From NCBI GenBank assembly GCA_019058015.1, contig JAHLWH010000280.1, positions 1 through 13,494 of the forward strand: a stretch of DNA of 13,494 bases. The letters run 5' to 3'. Position numbers and translations under genes: made by a program. Shown one piece after another: positions 6,524-13,494 of the stretch (its first letter is position 1; each line of letters starts with the position of its first letter). This DNA comes from Promethearchaeota archaeon. Its GTDB lineage: Archaea > Asgardarchaeota > Lokiarchaeia > Sigyniarchaeales > SOKP01. Under the pieces are notes generated by a model, which searched no databases, had not been told where the DNA came from, and saw only the letters and a list, made by a program, of their open reading frames with translations.

Positions 6524-7846
6524 TTGGGTTTAATGACAAGCCAAGCAATTACCCAGCAGATGCAATTTTATTATCAAACAGTGGTTCAAATAGAAGTCGG
6601 GCTCTTTACTATTGCGATTATTTTGTTTACGATATTTAATATGTTTAATGACCCAATTTTAGGATATTTATGTGATAAATCTACACGTTTTACGAAACGT
6701 TGGGGTAAGCGATTTCCATTCATTATCATGGGTGCAGTTCCGTGGAGTTTAACAATCATATTTATCTTTGCAGCACCAAATGTGGCTCAAGTGGGCCAAA
6801 TCGGGGCATTCTTGTGGTTGTTATTTTTTTATTGTCTTTACGATGGATTTTTCTCTCTTTACGATATTAATCGTGTAGCACTTTTTCCGGATAAATTTCG
6901 AGAAGATAAGGAGCGTAAATTAGCCGGATTTTTCCAAGCTATTCTTGAAACCATAGGGATTTTACTTGGAATTTTAATACCTGTTATAACTGTAGAAATT
7001 TTAGGGGGAACAATTGGTTGGTTAGTCCAAGGAATATTAGTGACAGTTATTTGTATAATTTCAGTAGTATTAATGATTCCGGGTGTTTCTGAGGACCAAG
7101 AATTAAGAGAACGGCGTGCCCATATAGATGGAGAAGAAACAGTGCCTTTTTTTAAGGGAATGAAATTTGCATTGAAAGATAAGAATTTTATTGGGTATAT
7201 CTGTCTTTGGGTCGCTTATTCTACATCTATGGGAATTTTAATTGCCTCTATGCCTTTTTTTGTAGATGATATACTTGGATTACCAAAAATTGGCGAAATT
7301 ATTTTAATAGGGTATATTATTGCGGTTCCACTGACCGCTCCATTATGGTATAAGCTTTCTTTTAAGATAGGAATTAAGAAAGTAGCTTTAATTGGGAGTA
7401 TAATCTTAGCTTCTATGGGATTACCGTTATTATTTGTTCCCAGCGGGTTTACCGGCTTAATATGGTCATTCATTGTAATCTTTTTAGCGGGGTTAGTCGA
7501 CGGGGCTATAATAAGTATGACCTTACCAGTTTTTTCAAGCATAATTGATTCAGCAACTATAAGGAAAAGAAAACGTCAGGAGGGACTATATAATGGGATT
7601 TTTGTTTTCTTCTCACGTGTGGGGATTACTGTTCGAGTTGTCATCTTTTGGATAGTACAAACATTCAGTGGATATGATCCAGTAGGGGATAATACCCTTG
7701 TTGAACTTTTAGGGCTTCGCATTCAAATGTCATTAATTCCAATGTTAATCATGTTCACAGGAGCATTTATCTTTTGGAAGTTGTATAAAATTACAAAGAA
7801 AGAATTGGAAGCCAATACTACGAGATTGAAAGAACTTGGTCTATAA
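6524..7846 (+). CDS. MFS transporter, glycoside-pentoside-hexuronide (GPH/MelB) family; true start probably upstream (~6400-6480)
   Basis: About 12 hydrophobic segments; FNDPILGYLCD...WGKRFPFI and RQEGLYNG motifs. The frame is open from 6398 and includes HSKKILASFQLGG before the called TTG. Confidence 0.9.
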   Translation: MGLMTSQAITQQMQFYYQTVVQIEVGLFTIAIILFTIFNMFNDPILGYLCDKSTRFTKRWGKRFPFIIMGAVPWSLTIIFIFAAPNVAQVGQIGAFLWLLFFYCLYDGFFSLYDINRVALFPDKFREDKERKLAGFFQAILETIGILLGILIPVITVEILGGTIGWLVQGILVTVICIISVVLMIPGVSEDQELRERRAHIDGEETVPFFKGMKFALKDKNFIGYICLWVAYSTSMGILIASMPFFVDDILGLPKIGEIILIGYIIAVPLTAPLWYKLSFKIGIKKVALIGSIILASMGLPLLFVPSGFTGLIWSFIVIFLAGLVDGAIISMTLPVFSSIIDSATIRKRKRQEGLYNGIFVFFSRVGITVRVVIFWIVQTFSGYDPVGDNTLVELLGLRIQMSLIPMLIMFTGAFIFWKLYKITKKELEANTTRLKELGL

Positions 7847-7936
7847 CAATTTCTCATTTTGCGAAGTTGTTGACGATTCGGGAGTTTTTTTCGTCTTTTC
7901 GGTTCTCGCATAGTAATTATTAATCATTAATTGCAT

Positions 7937-8037
7937 TTTAAGGAAACAAAAAAGGTTTTTGAAATAGAACGAATCATAATCTTTATAGATAATAGCAACA
8001 TTTTCAAGGGCTTTAGGAAGTTATTTCGATGGAATCT
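7937..8037 (+). pseudogene. Internally deleted copy of the NYN gene
   Basis: 7947-8021 matches 3962-4036 (71/75). 8021-8037 matches 4440-4456 (16/17). About 400 bp of the middle and the ATG are missing. Confidence 0.9.
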
Positions 8038-8045
8038 ATAATAAC

Positions 8046-8054
8046 TTTTTTTTT
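8046..8054 (+). terminator. Oligo-T tract, candidate archaeal intrinsic terminator
   Basis: T9 run between the convergent MFS/NYN-remnant and sulfatase 2 units. Confidence 0.35.
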
Positions 8055-8073
8055 AAAAATAATATTTACATTT

Positions 8074-9516
8074 CTACAATAAATAGGTATTATGATACCA
8101 ATCCTCAATATTTTCAAAACGCCTTGATTTAAAATCTAAAAGTAAGTCACCTTTAGCATCTTCTTCAATCTTTTTAAATACTTCATTGCAAATATCCTGA
8201 TTATTTTCTGCAATGTTTTCATTCCATTCAGGATCTTTTGAGAGGTCAAATAATTTTTGCCAAGATTTATCGTTGGCTGTAATTAGAGCATAATGATCGT
8301 CCTTAAATAAAGTCCAATAACTCATTCCACAAGTAATATAATCACGTTTTTCTAATAATCGATCTTCTCCTTCTGCAAATATTGAAAGATCCATTCCATC
8401 GAATGCACTTAGTTTTTCTTCTCCAATAAATCCGAAAAGTGTTGGCAGTATATCATGAACATAAACATAAGAACTTCTAATTCTCTTAGGACCATTTATT
8501 CCGCCAGGTGGTTTAATTATAAAGGGTATATCTACCAGTTCAGGGTACATAAATGTTGGGATTTTACCTATAGCACCATGCTCTCCTAAACTGTGTCCAT
8601 GGTCACTGATAAGAATTATCAATGAATCTTCATATAATTCCATCTTTTTTAAGTTATCAATAAAATACCCAAACCAATTGTCACATAAGGAAACCTCTCC
8701 AGCATAGCACGCTCTCATACATTTTAATTCATCTTCGGAAAAACATTTCAAGCTTTCTCCGTAAATTGGTTGAATGATTTTATTTCTGGTATAATTTTTA
8801 TCAATATAAAGATCTAAATATTTCTTGGGCGGATCCCACGGTTCATGTGGATCAAATTCATCGATGATAAAAAACAGGTCACTAAATTTCTTATGATTCT
8901 CAACAGACTCTAAAGCTTTCTTAAAAGTTAATGCTGGAAAATAATCCTCCTCCGTTTTTCGTTCTTGAACATTCGCAAAATACTTCTTTAAAAGTAATTT
9001 TTGGGAATATATAGCCTCTTTATTTTCTTCAGTTTTAGCAACAATATGCTTTCTAATAAATCGATTATTCTCTTTTCGTTTTCCCGTCATTCTTGCCCTG
9101 TATTTATCATATTCATGCCCTCGTATCAAATGCCACTCGTCAAAGCCTAGGTGAAAATTCATATTTGGTTTAAACTGATGATATGTGCTGGTAATAAAGA
9201 AAGTTATGTATGCATTTTTTTTCATATATTCTCCTATTTGTGTTTGATGAGGTGGAATTGGAGTCCAGCCAGGAGCTTCAACAAAGTCGTCTGATCGAAG
9301 TTTTGGTTTTTTATGGTTAAAAGGAAAGGTGCGAATCCCCGTATGAATAGCCCGACGCACAGGAATAGTGGGTAATGATTCAGGATAGGCTTTATCAAAT
9401 ACAATGGAATCTTTAGCAAAGGCATCGAAATTAGGGGTTTTTATCCAATTGTTGCCATATGTTTCACCAGTATGATCCTTTCTTAATGTATCAAAAATAA
9501 TTACAAAAATTTTCAT
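8074..9516 (-). CDS. Sulfatase-like hydrolase (alkaline phosphatase superfamily), Thr-type, paralog 2
   Basis: Same motifs as 4813..6249 (DTLRKDH, TIPVRRAIHTG, FDPHEPWDPP, SDHG). Roughly two-thirds identical to paralog 1 by eye. Confidence 0.92.
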   Translation of the reverse strand: MKIFVIIFDTLRKDHTGETYGNNWIKTPNFDAFAKDSIVFDKAYPESLPTIPVRRAIHTGIRTFPFNHKKPKLRSDDFVEAPGWTPIPPHQTQIGEYMKKNAYITFFITSTYHQFKPNMNFHLGFDEWHLIRGHEYDKYRARMTGKRKENNRFIRKHIVAKTEENKEAIYSQKLLLKKYFANVQERKTEEDYFPALTFKKALESVENHKKFSDLFFIIDEFDPHEPWDPPKKYLDLYIDKNYTRNKIIQPIYGESLKCFSEDELKCMRACYAGEVSLCDNWFGYFIDNLKKMELYEDSLIILISDHGHSLGEHGAIGKIPTFMYPELVDIPFIIKPPGGINGPKRIRSSYVYVHDILPTLFGFIGEEKLSAFDGMDLSIFAEGEDRLLEKRDYITCGMSYWTLFKDDHYALITANDKSWQKLFDLSKDPEWNENIAENNQDICNEVFKKIEEDAKGDLLLDFKSRRFENIEDWYHNTYLL

Positions 9517-9670
9517 ATGAAAAAATCAATTTTAAAATATTTAAATCTAAAGTTTAACCTTTTTTTACTAAAGTTATTTTTTAATAATATCAAACATTAA
9601 AATTTAAAAGTAAATAAATTAAAAAATATACTTTCGCTAATTTAAAGAGAAAAAAATAGATGCTTTAGCG

Positions 9671-10675
9671 ATGAAAAAGGCTAAAAAAATAATTAATAAT
9701 CCTAGAAATGTTGTACCAGAACTCCTTGAGGGACTAGTCAAAGCCTCTCACGGAAAAATAAAGAAGCTGGAAGGGATCAGTGCTCTAGTTAAGACACAAT
9801 TATCGGAAGGTAAGGTAGGTCTTTTAATTGGCGGAGGAAGTGGTCATGAACCTCTTTTTCCCGGATTTATTGGAGAAAATATGGCCGATGGTGCGGCTTG
9901 CGGACATATTTTTGCAGCTCCTACACCAGATGTAATATTTGAAGTCACTAAGGTACTAGATAAGGGGAAAGGTGTTTTATATCTTTATGGAAACTACGCT
10001 GGCGATAATCTCAATTTTGATATTGCAGCAGAGATGGCACAAGATAACGGTATAGATGTAAAAACTGTACGTGTTTGGGATGACGTAGCTTCAGCCCCGT
10101 TTGATAAAATAAAAGACCGAAGAGGTATAGCCGGAGATCTTTTTGTAATCAAGATCGCAGGTGCAGTATCGGTAGAAAAAGATAATCTTGAAGAAGTTTT
10201 CCGGGTTACCACTAAAGCTCGCGATAATATTCGTTCTATGGGCGTTTCAGTAGCAGCTGGTTCTATTCCCGAGACTGGAGAACCTACATTTGAACTTCCT
10301 GACGATGAGATAGAAATAGGTATGGGACTCCATGGAGAACCTGGAGTATCAAGAGAAAAAATGATTGCTGCAAATCCTCTGGTAGACAAAATGATAGAAA
10401 AGATCATCATTGATCTCCCATTCAAGCAAGATGATGAAGTTTGCCTTTTGATCAATGATCTTGGGTCTACCACTATGATGGAATTATTAATTGTAAATAG
10501 AAGGGTTTTTCAAATCCTTCAAAATAAGAAAATTAAGGTTTATGATACCGTCATAGGGAGTTTTTGTACATGCCAAGAGATGGCAGGATTTTCAATCACT
10601 TTGATGAAATTAGATGATGAGCTCACACAATATTACAATTATCCAGCTAATTCTATAGGATTTAAAAAATTGTGA
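9671..10675 (+). CDS. dhaK: Dihydroxyacetone kinase family, substrate-binding subunit (Dak1)
   Basis: GGGSGHEP, IFAAP, GNYAGD, DDVASAP, RRGIAG and EIGMGLHGEPG motifs. Confidence 0.93.
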   Translation: MKKAKKIINNPRNVVPELLEGLVKASHGKIKKLEGISALVKTQLSEGKVGLLIGGGSGHEPLFPGFIGENMADGAACGHIFAAPTPDVIFEVTKVLDKGKGVLYLYGNYAGDNLNFDIAAEMAQDNGIDVKTVRVWDDVASAPFDKIKDRRGIAGDLFVIKIAGAVSVEKDNLEEVFRVTTKARDNIRSMGVSVAAGSIPETGEPTFELPDDEIEIGMGLHGEPGVSREKMIAANPLVDKMIEKIIIDLPFKQDDEVCLLINDLGSTTMMELLIVNRRVFQILQNKKIKVYDTVIGSFCTCQEMAGFSITLMKLDDELTQYYNYPANSIGFKKL

Positions 10676-10679
10676 TGTT

Positions 10680-11330
10680 ATGAAAATTTCTCAACTAAAA
10701 CTAGAAGAGTTAAGGGATATGTTTATCTACGTATCTAAAAAAATGATAGAAAGCAAGTCTCTTTTAACTCAGGCAGATAAAGCTGTAGGAGATGGTGATC
10801 ATGGTGTTAATATGGCAAGGGGCTTTGAAACAGTTAGACAGAAACTGGAGGGACATTCTTTCACCACAATTAAAGAATTAGTTAATACAATTGGAACAAC
10901 ATTAATGGTTTCAGTAGGCGGTGCATCTGGAGCTATATTCGGAACATTTTTCACAGGTGCTGCAAAAGATCTCAAAGAAGAACAACATAATTTTAATATG
11001 AACACGTTTTCACAAATGCTTTTTAATGGATTAAAGGCAGTAAAACAAAGAGGTAAAGCCAATCCTGGTGATAAGACTATGGTAGACGCTCTTGAACCAG
11101 CGACATTAAAAGCAAGAGAAATGACTTCTTTTCCACTTAGTAGGGCCCTCATAGATGTGACCGAAGAGGCTAGAAAAGGTGTAGAAAAAACAAAAAATAT
11201 GATAGCAAAAGTTGGGAAGGCAAAAAGCTTAGGAAAAAGGACAATAGGATATCCTGATCCTGGTGCTATTTCTACTTATCTGATCTTGAAATATATGATG
11301 GAATTTATCAGCCAGAAAATTCCAAACTAG
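10680..11330 (+). CDS. dhaL: Dihydroxyacetone kinase family, nucleotide-binding subunit (Dak2)
   Basis: DKAVGDGDHGVNM, GGASGAIFG, GDKTMVDAL and GYPDPGA motifs. Starts 4 nt after the dhaK stop. Confidence 0.93.
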   Translation: MKISQLKLEELRDMFIYVSKKMIESKSLLTQADKAVGDGDHGVNMARGFETVRQKLEGHSFTTIKELVNTIGTTLMVSVGGASGAIFGTFFTGAAKDLKEEQHNFNMNTFSQMLFNGLKAVKQRGKANPGDKTMVDALEPATLKAREMTSFPLSRALIDVTEEARKGVEKTKNMIAKVGKAKSLGKRTIGYPDPGAISTYLILKYMMEFISQKIPN

Positions 11331-11498
11331 TTAAAGATCGGATAATTTATATTTCTTATTTTAGTAAATCATATCGAGAACCTATAATAAGTGATGATAA
11401 TATGTCTTTTTTGTTTAATTTATCTTAGTAACTAATATAATGGTATATTTTGCTCCTTTATTAAGCTAAAAAAAGTTATTTGATACAATAAAATCGAG

Positions 11499-11519
11499 AA
11501 TCAATCCATAAGATTGATT
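11499..11519. terminator. 8-bp hairpin between convergent dhaL and mannosidase genes
   Basis: AATCAATC-CATAA-GATTGATT. Confidence 0.25.
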
Positions 11520-11559
11520 TAATATTTAATAAAAAATAGTAATTTAGTAACTCAAGAAT

Positions 11560-13494
11560 TTAAAAAATTAATTCAAAAGTGCAAATTTCGAATTTCCCAA
11601 TATTAAATGTAAGTACACCCAATTCTTTATTCCAATCAAATTCATAATCAATTTCTCTTTCTAATAGATCTATAGCTTTTATTTCTGATATTTCTCTTGA
11701 TAATTCGGGATTGAATTTTATTTTAGCTGAAGAAAAAACCCCAGAACCCTCAAAAACCCTAATGATAATTGTTCCAGTTTTATCCCATTCATTTAGCTTT
11801 AATGTACCTAAAAAAATGTTAGGTGTTATAATTTCTAATAAAGGTTTGCCTGATTTAACTATTCCTTTTTGATTTTCTTGAATATTTTTTGTTGGAATTA
11901 CGATAATGGACATATTAAATTCTTCCGCCTTTCTTTTAACAATTACATTAGGAGTTCCATCAGTTTTTTTTAATGCTCCTCCATTATGTGGCAATAAGGA
12001 ATATCTGCATTTAAATGGTCCAAGTCCGCTATATTCTGGAATTTTATGACCAAATTTTCTTTCATTTTCAATGCGTTCTAAATTTACCCATGCTTCTGGT
12101 GCTGAAACCGGATATCGGCAAACTCGAAGCATTGTTAGTCTCATATCATCACCTTTTACATCAAAAGCATATTTACCTTCATTAATGATCGCTAAACCCC
12201 ATTTTTTATCAGGTGTGCTTAAATTAAAATAATTATGACAGATCTTTTCATAACGAGCTATATCACAAGGAACATTTGGATTAGTTTTGAATTCGATTGC
12301 ACAATAAGAAGCATCGGCCGTAGTTATCTCGGCATTTGTTGCAGTGCTGTACATTACTTTCAACATAATATTTTTTTGTTTCCAATCAGTAAGATATTCA
12401 AGGAATACTTCTTTGCACTCTTTAAACAATGTAATCTTTTGTACAACAAGGCTTACCCCCAAAATTCTTGTAATCTCTAAAGTAGCAAAAACAGGTCCGA
12501 CTTCGGTAACTTTTATCTTCACATCTTTATCATTCGGAAGTTCTATTGGATGTTTCCAATATTGAGGAGTTAAATTCCAAGCATGAAATCCCACGGGTAC
12601 ATTATCAAGAAAGCCAAATGTCAAATTAGAGGAATTTCCCTTTAATAAATTACATCCACCATTAATATCTTCAGCAGTTAATTCAAGTATTGCACCTGTA
12701 TTAGGATCAAGTTTAATTGAGATTTTATCGTTTGATAGGGAATTCTCTGTAATTTTTAGGTTGATTTTTTCTTTAATTTCTTCTCTCTCTGAGTCAGTTA
12801 GAATTGTTATTTTTGCAGGTGTGCAACTCAATGATTCCAGTTTAATTACAACCCACCATCCTGCTTGCATTCGATCCATTGTATTTTTGGATTCTTCAGC
12901 TATTGGTTGACAGATATATACATCGTTATCGCCCTTTAATAATTCAAGCTTAGCATAATTGGGTTTGCCATTACTATTTAACTTTGGGCTGTTTTTAAAA
13001 ATAGTAATCGGAATAAAGGCTCTTGATTTTCGCTCCCAAGATACTGGATTAAATAGATAAATTTCAACGAAATTTTGGAAATCTCCGTTATTTTTTTCTC
13101 CTGCCAAAGCAGTTCCGATATCATTAATAACCTTTTCAATCATTACATCTTGTTTAATCCAGTCATCCCAGACTTCATCATATACCTCAGGAATAGAACT
13201 GCCGGGTAGAACATCATGAAATTGATTTTTGAGCGTGATCTTCCACAAAAATTCTATGTTATTCATGGGATATTGATATTTTGGATTCGTTAAGGATGTT
13301 AAAATAGCAAGGATTTCTAAAGAAATAAGGGAATTTTCATATTTGCGATTATGTCTTTTTATTTCCGCATGATTTGAGAAACAACCCCTATGAGTTTCTA
13401 AATAGAGCTCATCATTCCAAACAGGAAATCGATCAGAATAGTTCTCAAGTTCTTTATAAAAATGGTCAACTCGACTCCACGTGAACATATTAAG
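11560..13494 (-). CDS. GH38 alpha-mannosidase (cytosolic Man2C1/Ams1-like), 5'-partial; catalytic N-terminal domain lies beyond the window
   Basis: ELYLETHRG, NQFHDVLPGSSI (GH38 middle domain), FNPVSWER, GPV, ARYE and GLAIINEGKY in the beta-sandwich region. The frame stays open to the window edge (LNMFTW...). Confidence 0.92.
   Translation of the reverse strand, partial: LNMFTWSRVDHFYKELENYSDRFPVWNDELYLETHRGCFSNHAEIKRHNRKYENSLISLEILAILTSLTNPKYQYPMNNIEFLWKITLKNQFHDVLPGSSIPEVYDEVWDDWIKQDVMIEKVINDIGTALAGEKNNGDFQNFVEIYLFNPVSWERKSRAFIPITIFKNSPKLNSNGKPNYAKLELLKGDNDVYICQPIAEESKNTMDRMQAGWWVVIKLESLSCTPAKITILTDSEREEIKEKINLKITENSLSNDKISIKLDPNTGAILELTAEDINGGCNLLKGNSSNLTFGFLDNVPVGFHAWNLTPQYWKHPIELPNDKDVKIKVTEVGPVFATLEITRILGVSLVVQKITLFKECKEVFLEYLTDWKQKNIMLKVMYSTATNAEITTADASYCAIEFKTNPNVPCDIARYEKICHNYFNLSTPDKKWGLAIINEGKYAFDVKGDDMRLTMLRVCRYPVSAPEAWVNLERIENERKFGHKIPEYSGLGPFKCRYSLLPHNGGALKKTDGTPNVIVKRKAEEFNMSIIVIPTKNIQENQKGIVKSGKPLLEIITPNIFLGTLKLNEWDKTGTIIIRVFEGSGVFSSAKIKFNPELSREISEIKAIDLLEREIDYEFDWNKELGVLTFNIGKFEICTFELIF

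Noticed and set aside
1531-12565. Track ORFs 1531..1725, 2947..3186, 4053..4439, 4778..5002, 7216..7542, 7723..7911, 9234..9425, 9994..10473, 10799..11152, 12235..12480 and 12344..12565
   Set aside because: They are antisense or alternate-frame shadows of well-supported genes, with no recognisable motifs.

Overview
Very AT-rich archaeal-type window. The protein families and T-tract/TATA signals suggest an Asgard (Lokiarchaeia-like) genome, which is inference rather than proof. Left part (about 486-4700): an accessory islet bracketed by a 127-bp ungapped direct repeat. It holds an RHH + Zn-finger regulator, a TIR/nucleoside-deoxyribosyltransferase-like orphan, an ArsR-like wHTH, a DprA/Smf gene with an unannotated 50-aa double-zinc-ribbon ORF directly after its stop codon, and a NYN (LabA/DUF88) ribonuclease. 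An acyl-CoA ligase C-terminal remnant abuts the left repeat. Right part (4813-13494): a catabolic cluster with two paralogous sulfatase-fold hydrolases that have Thr instead of Cys/Ser at the nucleophile, a GPH-family MFS transporter, split DhaK/DhaL kinase subunits without DhaM in the window, and the 3' part of a GH38 alpha-mannosidase. An internally deleted copy of the NYN gene sits at about 7937-8037. No rRNA, tRNA, CRISPR array or intact transposase/integrase was recognised.
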